Counted from the stretch's first letter, positions 1 to 10,141 are shown. The stretch: 64,000 bases of DNA from Lentisphaerota bacterium (GCA_016873655.1 VGWI01000001.1:71983-135982); one strand, 5' to 3'. The notes: generated from the sequence alone by a model not told the origin. Translations and numbers: made by a program.

Positions 1-56
1 CAGCCCTTCGTGCGGATGCTGCAGGGAGCGCGAGATTGCAGGAGCCTGGCGGTTCT

Positions 57-1241
57 CTACCTGATGTCGGAGAGGGGGATGGCGCTTGCGCCGTCGGACG
101 GGGTGAGGACGCGGGTTTCGCAGGGATGGCCGAACTCCGCCTCGTAGGCCGAGGAGAGCGCGGCGGCGATACGGACGGCGTCGGGCGGTTCAATGAGGGC
201 CACGACGCTCCCGCCGAAACCGCCGCCAGAGAGGCGGGCGCCCAGCACTCCGCGAGTCTGCCGTGCGGCGTCAACGAGGAGGTCGAGTTCCCTGCACGAA
301 TTCTCGAACATGGTCCGCGAGCTTTCGTGCGACTGGAACATCAGTTCGCCGAATTCATTCAGGCGGCCCTCCTCCAGGAGCACGCGGCCACGCATGACTC
401 GGTCGTTCTCGCCGACCACGTGCGCAGAGCGCTTCGCCGCCGCGGGGTCCATCCCGGCGGAGTACTGTTCCCATTCCTTCCACGAGACATCGCGCAGGTG
501 GGTGACCGGATGCTTCAGCACTGACGCAAAATACCGTGCAGCTTCCTCGCACTTTGCCCGGCGTTCGTTGTAGGCGGACTCCACGAGGCTGTGCTTTGCC
601 TTCGTGTTGCACATCAGGAAAGACGCGGTCGGGCCCAGGGGGACGGTTGAGGTCTCCAGCGTGCGGAAGTCGGTGCGCACAAGATGGTGCGCACGGCCGT
701 GCAGGCTTGTTATCTGGTCGAGAAGTCCGCACTTCACTCCGGCGAAATGATGTTCTGCGGTCTGTCCTATCTTCGCCATTGCCGCCGGGGCGACGTTGAT
801 GCCGTACAGCGCGGCGAGAGCAATGCCCGACGACATTTCAAGCGCCGCGGAGCTGGAGAGCCCGGCGCCGAGAGGGACGTTTCCCAGGAACATGCCGAGG
901 AAACCGGACTCGATGCTGCCGTGCTTTTCCAGGCCGGCGAGAACGCCGCGGACGTAGTTTGACCATGCAGCCTGGCGTGTCGGCTCCGGGTCGAGACCGA
1001 ACCGGGTTTCTTCCATGATGTCGCCCGCAACGAGTCTGCAGTCGCGTGAGCTGGACGGCGCCGCAACGAAGAACGTCCCCACGTCAATTGCCGCCGAAAG
1101 GACAAATCCCTCGTTGTAGTCGGTGTGGTTGCCGAGGATCTCGACGCGGCCCGGCGCGTAGGCCGCGACGGCGGGCGCGGCGCCGAACCATTCGGCAAAG
1201 CGGGTCTTCAGCGTGTTCAGCACGTCGGCATTCGGGGGCAT
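57..1241 (-). CDS. galK: galactokinase (GHMP kinase family)
   Basis: 394-aa ORF with the galactokinase signature PGRVEILGNHTDYNEGFVL near the N-terminus, a GHMP ATP-binding Gly/Ser-rich loop (PLGAGLSSSAALE) and C-terminal GGGFGG. ATG at 1241 preceded by GGAGAG. Confidence 0.85.
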   Translation of the reverse strand: MPPNADVLNTLKTRFAEWFGAAPAVAAYAPGRVEILGNHTDYNEGFVLSAAIDVGTFFVAAPSSSRDCRLVAGDIMEETRFGLDPEPTRQAAWSNYVRGVLAGLEKHGSIESGFLGMFLGNVPLGAGLSSSAALEMSSGIALAALYGINVAPAAMAKIGQTAEHHFAGVKCGLLDQITSLHGRAHHLVRTDFRTLETSTVPLGPTASFLMCNTKAKHSLVESAYNERRAKCEEAARYFASVLKHPVTHLRDVSWKEWEQYSAGMDPAAAKRSAHVVGENDRVMRGRVLLEEGRLNEFGELMFQSHESSRTMFENSCRELDLLVDAARQTRGVLGARLSGGGFGGSVVALIEPPDAVRIAAALSSAYEAEFGHPCETRVLTPSDGASAIPLSDIR

Positions 1242-1290
1242 GCTTGTTTCTCTCTCCGGTCGGGTTGTGTGGCCGGGTTGCCGGCGCGAC

Positions 1291-2610
1291 TCAGGCCCTG
1301 ATGATGCCCAGGAGTTCGTCCTGCCGGGTCTTCATGAGATCCTCGCGTTTCGCCTCGAGGTTCAGGCGGATCAGCGGTTCCGTGTTCGAGGCGCGGACAT
1401 TGAACCACCAGTCATCGTATTCAACCGTAACGCCGTCGAGTTCAAGGAGGCGTCCGTCCGAGTACCTGCTCTTGAGGGTCTTCAGGACCGACGCGGTGTC
1501 CCGCACCTCCGAATTGATTTCCCCGCTGGTGAAGTAGCGGCGCAGGGGTCTGACCAGTTCCGACAGCGGAACGGACGATGCGCTTACGATGTTGGCTACG
1601 GAGATGGCGGCCATGCAGGTGCTTTCGGTGAAGCCGTTGGCCCGGAAGTAGTAGTGTCCGGAGAGTTCGCCCGCAAAGATCGCGTTGTTGTCGCGCATCT
1701 GTTTCTTGATGAAGGCATGGCCGACGCGGCACATCATAGGGGTTCCGCCGTTTTCTTCGATAATCTCCCGGACCGCCCAACTGCTGCGGAGGTCGTAGAG
1801 GATTACCCCCTTTTCGCGGGAGAGAATATCCTTTGCGACCAGCGCCGTGATCATGTCCATCGGGATTATTCCGCCCTTTTCGTCGAGGAACCCAGCCCGG
1901 TCGGCGTCGCCATCGAAGGCAACGCCGAAGTCGAAGTTGCCTTTGCCCATCAGGTCCCGGATGGGGCGGAGTGTTTCATGGTGCAGCGGGTTTGCCTCGT
2001 GATTCGGGAATGTGCCGTCCAGTTCGTCGAAGAGCGGGGTGATTTCGAAGATGTCTTTCAGCGCGGCGGCTTCCACAACACCCATGGCGTTGGCCATGTC
2101 CATCGCCACTCGCGGCCGGCGCGTGAGGCGGGCCGTCTTGCGGACGTGTTCGCCGTAGGCGCGGGCAATGTCATGCGTTGTGATTTTCCCGGGCTTCTGA
2201 GCCGGGGCGGCGAACGCCCCGCTCTTCACGATGCGTTCGATATCGGCTATGCCCGTTTGTCCGCTTATCGGCACCGCGCCGGCGCGCGAGAGTTTCGCGC
2301 CGTTCCATTCGCCTGGATTGTGCGAGGCCGTGATCATTATTCCCGCATCGGTCTTCAGCGTCGCATTCGCGAAATAGGACATCGGGGTTGAGCAAAGGCC
2401 GATGTCAACGACGTCTGCCCCCTGCATCGTGAGTCCGCGCGCAAGCGCCTTGAAAAGCGGTTGCGAATGCGGGCGCATGTCGCGGCCGACAACCACGCTC
2501 CGGCATGAGGTGAAAGTCGCGAAGGCCCGCCCGATGCGGAACATGGTATCGTCGTCGAGGTCCTTGCCGTATATGCCGCGGATATCGTAAGCCTTGAAGA
2601 TTCCAGCCAT
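1291..2610 (-). CDS. phosphomannomutase/phosphoglucomutase (alpha-D-phosphohexomutase)
   Basis: TASHNPGEWNGAKL active-site serine loop and Mg-binding FDGDADR motif. The start was refined to the internal ATG at 2610 (MAGIFKAYDIRG, the typical PMM/PGM N-terminus), which is preceded by GGAAGGGA. The ORF track's longer ORF begins upstream. Confidence 0.85.
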   Translation of the reverse strand: MAGIFKAYDIRGIYGKDLDDDTMFRIGRAFATFTSCRSVVVGRDMRPHSQPLFKALARGLTMQGADVVDIGLCSTPMSYFANATLKTDAGIMITASHNPGEWNGAKLSRAGAVPISGQTGIADIERIVKSGAFAAPAQKPGKITTHDIARAYGEHVRKTARLTRRPRVAMDMANAMGVVEAAALKDIFEITPLFDELDGTFPNHEANPLHHETLRPIRDLMGKGNFDFGVAFDGDADRAGFLDEKGGIIPMDMITALVAKDILSREKGVILYDLRSSWAVREIIEENGGTPMMCRVGHAFIKKQMRDNNAIFAGELSGHYYFRANGFTESTCMAAISVANIVSASSVPLSELVRPLRRYFTSGEINSEVRDTASVLKTLKSRYSDGRLLELDGVTVEYDDWWFNVRASNTEPLIRLNLEAKREDLMKTRQDELLGIIRA

Positions 2611-2935
2611 TGTTATGATCCCTTCCGGTATTGGGCGACGGTCGCGCCGCGCTGAATAGAGACCATAATCCGCCGTTCTTTTCAAGTTCCGAGCAGGTAT
2701 GGTTAGTGAAGAACCTGCCGCAGGCACGCATGGCGTTGCCATAACCGGTCGCGCCGCGCCCCCGGAGAGTCACGGCGTGTCCAATGCCGCTTCATGAACG
2801 GCGCCCGCCGGCGGAGTGTGAGTGGCGCAGAGAAAACGGGGGAAGGGCGATCGCTGGACACTTCGGGCGGTCGGGATTATTCTCACGGTGGCCGGATGAT
2901 TTGGGGTCTTGTGGATCCAAGCGTTAAAGGGGAGC

Positions 2936-3373
2936 ATGATGGCGGTTTCGGCAAAGCAGTGCCGGGTTGTGCGGTGCGCCGTGGGCCGGCTTGAGCACGG
3001 GTCGGACCTGCTCGCCTCGCTTACCGATCTGTGCGTGAAAGAGGGTGTGCGCGCCGGACGGGTGACCGCGATCGGGGCTGTAAGCAGGGCGCGGCTGGCG
3101 ATGTATGACCAGGCCGGCAGACAGTACGTCTACACCGATTACGCGAGTCCGGCCGAGATACTTTCGCTCGCGGGCAACGTCTCGCTGAAGGAAGGGCGGC
3201 CCATGGTGCATTCCCACGTGACGCTGGCCGGCGCCGACGGCAGGGCGTTCGGCGGGCACCTTGCCGAGGGGACGGTCGTTTTTGCGTGTGAGTATGTTCT
3301 TGAGGTGTTTGGCGGCCCGGACTTCGAACGCGAGCATGACGATGTAACCGGCTTGCACCTGTGGAAGGAATGA
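2936..3373 (+). CDS. PPC (DUF296) domain protein, putative DNA-binding
   Basis: HSHVTLAGADGRAFGGHL and GRLEHGSDLLASL motifs are typical of the PPC/DUF296 fold. ATG at 2936 follows AAAGGGGAG. Confidence 0.6.
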   Translation: MMAVSAKQCRVVRCAVGRLEHGSDLLASLTDLCVKEGVRAGRVTAIGAVSRARLAMYDQAGRQYVYTDYASPAEILSLAGNVSLKEGRPMVHSHVTLAGADGRAFGGHLAEGTVVFACEYVLEVFGGPDFEREHDDVTGLHLWKE

Positions 3374-3394
3374 CCGGCTCAGCCGGGTGCCGCC

Positions 3395-4747
3395 ATGTCC
3401 ATGAAAAAACAGACAACTCAGCGGACGCCGACCCGCACGGTGGCGATCGTGGGGCGTCCCAACGTCGGCAAGTCCTCCATCTTCAACCGGCTCGCCAGTC
3501 GGAGAATAGCCATTGTTCACCAGGACAGCGGGGTTACGCGTGACAGGCTTGTCTGTGAGGTGACGTGGGAAAACCGGCGTTTTGAGTTGATAGACACTGG
3601 CGGGATAACGTGCCAGGACGGGTCGCGTGGCCAGACGGCCCTTGAAGCCAGGATCAATTCGCAGGTCGAGGTAGCCATCGGCGAAGCCGCGGCAGTGATC
3701 TTTGTTGTTGATGCCCGCGCCGGGCTCGCGGCCCTTGACGAGGAAGTGGCCAGGCTGCTGCGCGCTTCCGGCCGGCCGGTGTTCATTGCAGCCAACAAGT
3801 GCGATCCGCCTGCCGGGAAGGAAGCGCCGGTCGAGTTCCTGAAGTTCGGGTGGCCCGCGTTTCCGGTATCGGCCCAGCATGGGATAGGCTTTGACGCGCT
3901 GATGGATGCAGTGCTTCCCGTGCTCCCCGATGTCGAGGATCCAAGCCATGTAGCGCCGCTGAAGGTCGCGGTTGTCGGGCGGCCGAACGTCGGCAAGTCC
4001 TCCTACATCAACAAGCTCCTTGGCGATGACAGGGTAATGGTTGCCGACCAGCCCGGCACCACGCGTGACGTGGTGGATATTCCCTTCTCAATCGGCGAAG
4101 GGCCGGAAGCCCGTCACTACGTGCTGATGGATACGGCCGGGCTGCGCAAGCCTTCAAAGAGCGCGTCCGCGGCGGACAGGCTGAGCCAGTTCCGCGCCGG
4201 CGACGGCGTGGCCCGCGCCGATGTCGTCGTGCTCCTGGTGGATGCCTCGGCTGGACCGACTGCCGACGACAAACGGGTCGGCGGACTCATAATGGAGAAG
4301 AAGAAGGGGTGCGTGGTTCTTGTCAGCAAGTGGGATCTTGCCGGCATGTCCGAGCGCGAGTTCCGTGAGGAGTTGTCGCGGGGACTGCCGTTCATGCGTC
4401 ATTGTCCCGTCGTTATCGCTTCGGTGAAGACGGGCAGGGGAATTCGTGAGTCGGTCAGTGTGATTGACCATGTTGCAGCCCAGACGCGCCTGACGCTGAC
4501 AACGGGGCTGCTCTCCCGGGCGCTGCTTGACGCGTGGCGCCGCATCAAGCCCAGGGCGGTGGCGGGCAGGCGTCTTCACGTCTTCTACTCGGTACAGGTT
4601 GGCGTTGCTCCGATAACGGTGCGCGTGTTCGTGAACGACCCGAAGCTGGTTGACGATTCTTACCGCTCATACCTCGTGAAAGCTCTGCGCGGGAAGTTCG
4701 GCCTGGAAGGCGCACCGGTGCTTCTGCAGTTCCGGCCGAGAAGGTAG
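3395..4747 (+). CDS. der: ribosome-biogenesis GTPase Der (EngA), tandem GTPase domains + KH-like C-terminus
   Basis: Two G-domains, each with a P-loop GRPNVGKSS, DTAG and NKCD/SKWD motifs. 450 aa, the typical Der length. Confidence 0.9.
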   Translation: MSMKKQTTQRTPTRTVAIVGRPNVGKSSIFNRLASRRIAIVHQDSGVTRDRLVCEVTWENRRFELIDTGGITCQDGSRGQTALEARINSQVEVAIGEAAAVIFVVDARAGLAALDEEVARLLRASGRPVFIAANKCDPPAGKEAPVEFLKFGWPAFPVSAQHGIGFDALMDAVLPVLPDVEDPSHVAPLKVAVVGRPNVGKSSYINKLLGDDRVMVADQPGTTRDVVDIPFSIGEGPEARHYVLMDTAGLRKPSKSASAADRLSQFRAGDGVARADVVVLLVDASAGPTADDKRVGGLIMEKKKGCVVLVSKWDLAGMSEREFREELSRGLPFMRHCPVVIASVKTGRGIRESVSVIDHVAAQTRLTLTTGLLSRALLDAWRRIKPRAVAGRRLHVFYSVQVGVAPITVRVFVNDPKLVDDSYRSYLVKALRGKFGLEGAPVLLQFRPRR

Positions 4748-5068
4748 CGGCCGGATGGACACATCGCCTTGCGGACTGCACGAGTTCTCCAATGGCTTCA
4801 GACAGAGCAGGCCGTGCGGCCGGAAACCCAGACGCTTGTCGATCCAGTCCTAACACGTTCATGCGCGGGACGTTATGCTCATGGCTCCCTGTTGTTCCAG
4901 AACCGTGCAGGCCGCTGATCCATGCTACAGGCGCAGGCAATCCGGGCCTCAAAGGCGACTTCAGGCGGCGTGGCCCGGCATCCGGATGCTTCCGGTTCAG
5001 GCTTCGCCGGAGCCGAAGACGCGTGAAAATCAGGCGAACACCAGCTGCCGTGAGATTTCTCTTGTCGG

Positions 5069-5086
5069 ACCACAAGATGTTGTGGT
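5069..5086 (+). promoter_or_regulatory. candidate NrdR operator (NrdR box) upstream of nrdJ
   Basis: Perfect 18-bp palindrome ACCACAAGATGTTGTGGT, about 90 nt upstream of the nrdJ ATG. The core ccACAAgATgTTGTgg matches the NrdR-box consensus acaCwAtATaTwGtgt at about 12-13 of 16 positions. Confidence 0.4.
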
Positions 5087-5176
5087 GTTATCGCCAACGG
5101 CCCTTACGCAAGCCGCAGGGGTTGTGGTAGTGACATTTCTTTAACGATTAGTGATCTCTCAAGGGGGAAGTAAGTC

Positions 5177-8086
5177 ATGTTGGAAGCACGCGATTCATCT
5201 GTCGCGAATGACGCGGAAACCACGAAAGCGAGGGCGGGCCGAAGGGGTGTGCGGCGCGCGGCCGATGCGGACCGGGAGGACAGGGTGCGTGGGATGAAGA
5301 TAGACTACGTGTTCAGTCGCAGGGGGCGCAGTCCGTTTGATGAGGTGGAGTGGGAGACAAGAAAATCCGTCATCGCCGACGACACCGGGAAGCCCGTATT
5401 TGAGCAGGATGATGTTGAGGTGCCGAAGTTCTGGTCCATGCTGGCAACCAACGTTGTGGCCTCGAAGTATTTCTTCGGCGGCAAGAATACGACCGAGCGC
5501 GAGAACTCCGTGCGGCAGCTTGTCCATCGCGTGGCGCGAACAATAGCCGACTGGGGGTTGAGCGACGGTTACTTCGCCTCGCCCGAGGATGCCGATGCTT
5601 TCGCGCAGGAACTTTCCTTCCTGTGTCTGAACCAGTACGGCTCGTTCAACAGCCCCGTCTGGTTCAACGTCGGGCTTTTCCAGGTGTGCGGGCACACGTC
5701 CAACAGCAGGACCGCGTACTGCTGGGACGCGTCCAGGGGCGAGATCGGCCTTGCGCAGAACTCGTACGAGCGGCCGCAGGCTTCTGCGTGTTTCATCCAG
5801 TCCGTTCAGGACACGATGGAAGACATCATGCGGCTTGCGGGCTCCGAAGCGATGCTCTTCAAGTACGGGTCCGGGACCGGCACGGACCTGAGTTCCCTCC
5901 GCAGTTCGCGCGAGAAACTGTCCGGCGGCGGCACGCCGTCCGGTCCGCTCAGCTTCATGCGCGTGTACGATCAGGTCGCGGCGGTGATCAAGTCCGGCGG
6001 CAAGACGCGCCGCGCCGCGAAGATGCAGAGCCTCAAGATCTCGCACCCGGACATCGTGGAGTTCATCGAGTGCAAGATGAACGAGGAACGGAAGGCGTGG
6101 GCGCTGATCGATGCCGGCTATGACGGTTCGTTCGGCGGCGAAGCTTACGACTCGGTGTTCTTCCAGAACTCCAATCTTTCCGTCAGGGTCACCGACGAAT
6201 TCATGCGCGCCGTCGAGAACGACGGCGCGTGGCAGACCATTTCCGTGCGCACCGGCGAGCCGGTTGAGAAGCTCAAGGCCCGGGATCTGTTGAACAAGAT
6301 AGCGAATGGAACGCACGTGTGCGGTGATCCCGGCCTGCAGTACGACACGACGATCAACCGCTGGCACACGTGCAAGACGAGCGGGAGAATCAACGCCAGC
6401 AACCCGTGTTCGGAGTTCATGTTCCTCGACAACAGCGCGTGCAATCTCGCTTCGCTAAACCTGATGAAGTTTGTTGACGATTCCGGCACGTTCGACGTCG
6501 AGCGCTTCAAGCATGCGGTGCGGCTTTACATCATTGCGCAGGACATTCTCGTTGACGCGGCGAGCTATCCGACGCAGGAGATTGCGGAGAACTCGCACCG
6601 GTTCCGCCCGCTCGGGCTCGGATACGCCAACCTCGGCGCTCTCGTGATGCGGCTCGGGCTTGCCTACGACAGCGACGAAGGCCGTTCCTTCGCTTCCGCC
6701 GTGACGGCCGTCATGACCGGCGCCGCCTACAGCGCCAGCCAGGAACTGGCCCGCGTGAAGGGGACTTTCGACGGGTACGCCGCCAACCGCGAGTGCATGG
6801 CCGAGGTGATGAAGGCGCACCGCGAAGCGTGCGACCACATAGACACCGCGGTATGCGCGCCGTATCTGCGCAAGGCCGCCGTTACCGCCTGGGACCAGGT
6901 GCTTGAGCGGGCCGGGAAGGCGGGTTTCCGCAATTCCCAGGTGACGTTGCTTGCGCCGACAGGGACGATCGGCTTCATGATGGACTGCGACACCACCGGC
7001 GTTGAGCCCGACATCGCGCTGGTGAAGTACAAGCAGCTTGCGGGCGGCGGAACGATCAAACTCGCGAACAGGACGCTGCGCCCGGCGCTTGTGCGGCTCG
7101 GATACTCTGATGTTGAGGCCGAGGCGATCGTCCAGTACGTGAACGACCACGACACGATCGAAGGCGCGCCGGAACTGAAGGACGAGCACCTGCACGTTTT
7201 CGACTGCGCGTTCAAGCCGAAGAACGGGCGGCGGTTCATCTCCTACAAGGCGCACCTGAAGATGATGGCCGCGGTGCAGCCGTTCCTTTCCGGCGCGATC
7301 AGCAAGACGATCAACATGCCGACCGAGGCGACGGTCAACGAGATTATGCAGGCCTACATGGACGGATGGAAGATGGGGCTGAAGTCAGTTGCGATATACC
7401 GCGACGGCTCCAAGCGCACCCAGCCGCTCAACACCGGCAAGCAGGGGGCGCCTGGCGCGGGCGCGACGCAGGATGTGCCGGTGGTGTTGAGGGAGCCGTT
7501 CAGGCGGCGGATGCCGGCCACGCGCCGCTCAATCACGCACAAGTTCGAGGTGGCCGGGCACGAGGGATACCTCACCGTCGGCATGTACGAAGACGGAATG
7601 CCGGGCGAGTTGTTCATCACGATGGCGAAGGAAGGCAGCACCGTCGGCGGAACGATGGACGCCTTCGGTACGGCCATTTCGCTGTGCCTGCAGTACGGCG
7701 TTCCCGTGAAGGAACTGTGCAGCAAATTCGCGCACAGTCGTTTCGAGCCCAGCGGGTTCACGAAGAACCCGGACATACCGATTGCGAAATCGCTGGTTGA
7801 CTACATATTCCGCTGGCTCGCGCTCGTGTTTCCGGAAGGGCGGGGCGATGCGTTCACCGCTGCGGCGCAGGGAGTGCAGCATGCGGCGGCACCGCAGGCG
7901 CTCCCGGCGACGGATGGCCGGGATGGATCGGGCGGCCGCGGAGAGGCGCAGGGGAACACGGTTGATTCGGCGTTCAAGGATTTCATGCAGGACGCGCCCG
8001 CGTGTGACGTCTGCGGGTCCATCACCGTGCGCAACGGAGCCTGCTATCGCTGCTACAACTGCGGCAACTCCATGGGCTGCTCATGA
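5177..8086 (+). CDS. nrdJ: class II (adenosylcobalamin-dependent) ribonucleotide reductase
   Basis: 969 aa with an RNR catalytic core (NPCSEF, radical cysteine region). The C-terminal redox cysteine cluster CDVCGSITVRNGACYRCYNCG is typical of monomeric NrdJ. A strong RBS AAGGGGGAAG precedes the ATG at 5177. MKIDY at 5294 is an alternative start. Confidence 0.9.
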   Translation: MLEARDSSVANDAETTKARAGRRGVRRAADADREDRVRGMKIDYVFSRRGRSPFDEVEWETRKSVIADDTGKPVFEQDDVEVPKFWSMLATNVVASKYFFGGKNTTERENSVRQLVHRVARTIADWGLSDGYFASPEDADAFAQELSFLCLNQYGSFNSPVWFNVGLFQVCGHTSNSRTAYCWDASRGEIGLAQNSYERPQASACFIQSVQDTMEDIMRLAGSEAMLFKYGSGTGTDLSSLRSSREKLSGGGTPSGPLSFMRVYDQVAAVIKSGGKTRRAAKMQSLKISHPDIVEFIECKMNEERKAWALIDAGYDGSFGGEAYDSVFFQNSNLSVRVTDEFMRAVENDGAWQTISVRTGEPVEKLKARDLLNKIANGTHVCGDPGLQYDTTINRWHTCKTSGRINASNPCSEFMFLDNSACNLASLNLMKFVDDSGTFDVERFKHAVRLYIIAQDILVDAASYPTQEIAENSHRFRPLGLGYANLGALVMRLGLAYDSDEGRSFASAVTAVMTGAAYSASQELARVKGTFDGYAANRECMAEVMKAHREACDHIDTAVCAPYLRKAAVTAWDQVLERAGKAGFRNSQVTLLAPTGTIGFMMDCDTTGVEPDIALVKYKQLAGGGTIKLANRTLRPALVRLGYSDVEAEAIVQYVNDHDTIEGAPELKDEHLHVFDCAFKPKNGRRFISYKAHLKMMAAVQPFLSGAISKTINMPTEATVNEIMQAYMDGWKMGLKSVAIYRDGSKRTQPLNTGKQGAPGAGATQDVPVVLREPFRRRMPATRRSITHKFEVAGHEGYLTVGMYEDGMPGELFITMAKEGSTVGGTMDAFGTAISLCLQYGVPVKELCSKFAHSRFEPSGFTKNPDIPIAKSLVDYIFRWLALVFPEGRGDAFTAAAQGVQHAAAPQALPATDGRDGSGGRGEAQGNTVDSAFKDFMQDAPACDVCGSITVRNGACYRCYNCGNSMGCS

Positions 8087-8276
8087 TTGTGTCCGGTGCA
8101 GGCGCTGCTTGACCGGTTCGCCGCAGGCAGGCGCAGTGCGGGGCCGTCGTGATGACCTGTTGCGCGATGTCGTTGTCCGGGCTGCCGCTGGGATACTTGC
8201 GCCTGGAATTCGCCTGCCCGGTTACCGAAGCGCTCGCTTGACCGCGGGGCGGCGTGACCGCACACTGTGCGGCGCC

Positions 8277-9065
8277 ATGGAGATAGAACAGGCTTCGATA
8301 TTGCGGCATCAGCCGTGCGGGGGGGCGTACAGGGAGCTGGTGCTCAACGCGCCGGCCATTGCCGCGTCTGTCCGTCCCGGCCAGTTTCTGCACCTGCGTA
8401 TTCCGCGCTTTGAGCAGGCGGTGCTGCGCCGCCCGTTCAGCGTATTCCGCGCGGAAGGCGAACACATCTCCATCCTTTACAAGACCGTGGGCGCCGGCAC
8501 GATGGCCCTGACCGGTGTCAGGGAAGGCGAGGTTGTGAACGTGATGGGCCCGCTCGGGAACGGGTTCCCGTCGTCGTCGCCCGGCTCTCTGCCGGTGCTT
8601 GTAGCGGGGGGTTATGGTGTGGCTCCCCTGTATCTTCTGGCACGCAGGATGGACATGGCTGGAATCATCTTCATCGGCGCGGCAACGTCGGACGACGTGC
8701 TGTGTGTGGAGGACTTCGCTGCGTTCGGGTGGCAGATTGAAATCGCCACAGAAGACGGCTCCCGCGGGGCAAGAGGGCTTGTCACCGGCCCGCTCGACGC
8801 GTGGCTGGCGTCCAGGCGCTGCCCTGAGCAGCCTGAGATCTTCGCCTGCGGCCCGGACGGCATGCTGCGGGCGGTTGGCGAGCGCGCGATCAAGGCCGGC
8901 CATCGCGCATGGCTTTCGATGGACAGGCACATGGGCTGCGGGGTCGGGGCATGCCTCGGATGCGTACAGAGGTTGAAGAAGGCGGACGGAAGCGCGTACT
9001 GGGGCCGGGTGTGCAGGGACGGGCCGGTATTCGACGCCAGCCAGATAGTCTGGAACAATGGTTGA
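8277..9065 (+). CDS. pyrK: dihydroorotate dehydrogenase electron-transfer subunit (FAD/NAD-binding, 2Fe-2S)
   Basis: Ferredoxin-reductase-like fold: RPFS FAD-binding motif, GGYGVAPL NAD-binding motif, and a C-terminal CGVGACLGC 2Fe-2S motif. The start was refined to the ATG at 8277 (MEIEQ). The long Arg-rich N-terminal extension in the ORF track is judged spurious. Confidence 0.8.
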   Translation: MEIEQASILRHQPCGGAYRELVLNAPAIAASVRPGQFLHLRIPRFEQAVLRRPFSVFRAEGEHISILYKTVGAGTMALTGVREGEVVNVMGPLGNGFPSSSPGSLPVLVAGGYGVAPLYLLARRMDMAGIIFIGAATSDDVLCVEDFAAFGWQIEIATEDGSRGARGLVTGPLDAWLASRRCPEQPEIFACGPDGMLRAVGERAIKAGHRAWLSMDRHMGCGVGACLGCVQRLKKADGSAYWGRVCRDGPVFDASQIVWNNG

Positions 9066-9193
9066 CAAGCTGTGAGAGCACCGCAAACAGAGTGTCGGCT
9101 TTCCTCCGACGGCCGCAGTGGAAGCCGTGGCGGCGTCTCGGAGGGACGCTTGTTCACGTTGACTCTTTCCCCAGGCGGTCCGGGATTTTACCC

Positions 9194-10141
9194 ATGAGCA
9201 CGGCACCGCAGAGAATGGACCGGATACCCGACATGTCGGTGAACATTGCCGGGATTCACATGCGCAACCCCGTGATGGTTGCGTCGGGAACGTTCGGCTA
9301 TGGGCCGGAATACGCCGATCTTGTGCCGCTTGAGTCTCTCGGCGCCATCGTTGTCAAGGGCATCCACATGCGGCCCTGGGAAGGCAACTCCACGCCGCGC
9401 ATCGTGGAGGTGGCCGGCGGGCTTGTGAACGCCATCGGGCTGCAGAATCCAGGCGCTGAGAAGTTCATTGACGAGATCATGCCGTTCCTGCGCCGGCACG
9501 ACGTGCCGGTGATCGTCAACATATGGGGACGCACCGTTGCCGAATACGAGGAAGTGGCGGAGCGGTTTGACGGGGTGGCCGGTGTCAGCGGGCTGGAGGT
9601 GAATATCTCGTGCCCGAACATCAAGGAAGGCGGGATCGCCTTCGGAACGAACGTCAAGTCCGCCTCTGAAGTAATCGGGCGCGTGCGGGCGAAGACACGT
9701 TTGCCGCTGATCCCCAAGCTCTCGCCGAACGTAACCGACATAGGCATCTTCGCGCGTGCGGCGGAGGATGCCGGCGCCGACGCCGTTTCGCTTATAAACA
9801 CGCTGCCGGCGATGGTGATAGACATAGAGAAGCGGACCCCGGTTCTTGCCAACGTCGTTGGCGGCCTTTCCGGTCCCGCGATTCATCCGGTTGCCGTGAA
9901 GCTTGTGTGGGAGGCGGCCAAGGCGGTCCGCATACCGGTGATCGGAATGGGCGGGATAGCCGCGCCGCGCGACGCGATAGAGTTCCTCGTTGCCGGCGCA
10001 TCCGCTGTTGCCGTCGGCACGGCGAACTTCACGGATCCTGGCACTGCGGCGACGGTTGTGGCCGGCATAGCCGACTACCTCGTTTCCCATGGGATGAAAT
10101 CGGTGCGCGAACTGACCGGCAGTCTGCGACTCGGAAACTGA
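9194..10141 (+). CDS. pyrD: dihydroorotate dehydrogenase catalytic subunit, class 1B
   Basis: NPVMVASGTFGYG, ISCPN active-site region and IGMGGI FMN-binding motifs. Start refined to the ATG at 9194 (MSTAPQ). Lies immediately downstream of pyrK. Confidence 0.85.
   Translation: MSTAPQRMDRIPDMSVNIAGIHMRNPVMVASGTFGYGPEYADLVPLESLGAIVVKGIHMRPWEGNSTPRIVEVAGGLVNAIGLQNPGAEKFIDEIMPFLRRHDVPVIVNIWGRTVAEYEEVAERFDGVAGVSGLEVNISCPNIKEGGIAFGTNVKSASEVIGRVRAKTRLPLIPKLSPNVTDIGIFARAAEDAGADAVSLINTLPAMVIDIEKRTPVLANVVGGLSGPAIHPVAVKLVWEAAKAVRIPVIGMGGIAAPRDAIEFLVAGASAVAVGTANFTDPGTAATVVAGIADYLVSHGMKSVRELTGSLRLGN

Noticed and set aside
36-1198. Several plus- and minus-frame ORFs of 87-163 aa overlapping galK (36..524, 193..573, 767..1198 etc.)
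   Set aside because: They are antisense to, or out of frame with, a strongly supported galactokinase gene. Their Arg/Pro/Ala-rich composition is typical of spurious ORFs in high-GC DNA.
1213-2391. 392-aa plus-strand ORF
   Set aside because: It is entirely antisense to the phosphohexomutase gene, which has clear catalytic motifs, and has no motif of its own.
2924-3949. 341-aa minus-strand ORF
   Set aside because: It is antisense to the PPC-domain gene and to der, and its product is Arg/Gly/Pro-rich and low-complexity.
4748-5176. A possible cobalamin riboswitch upstream of B12-dependent nrdJ
   Set aside because: No B12-box-like element or recognisable riboswitch core was seen in the leader. 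B12 riboswitches normally repress B12-independent isozymes, not NrdJ.
5195-7255. 390-aa and 266-aa minus-strand ORFs inside nrdJ
   Set aside because: They are antisense to a 969-aa ribonucleotide reductase with unmistakable motifs. They are GC-frame artefacts.
7782-8276. N-terminal 165-residue extension of the pyrK ORF (Arg-rich, MRNRWLTTYS...)
   Set aside because: It overlaps the 3' end of nrdJ in another frame and has low-complexity Arg/Ser composition. The conserved PyrK sequence begins at the ATG at 8277.
8022-9206. 394-aa minus-strand ORF spanning pyrK
   Set aside because: It is antisense to pyrK and the start of pyrD, with no motifs.
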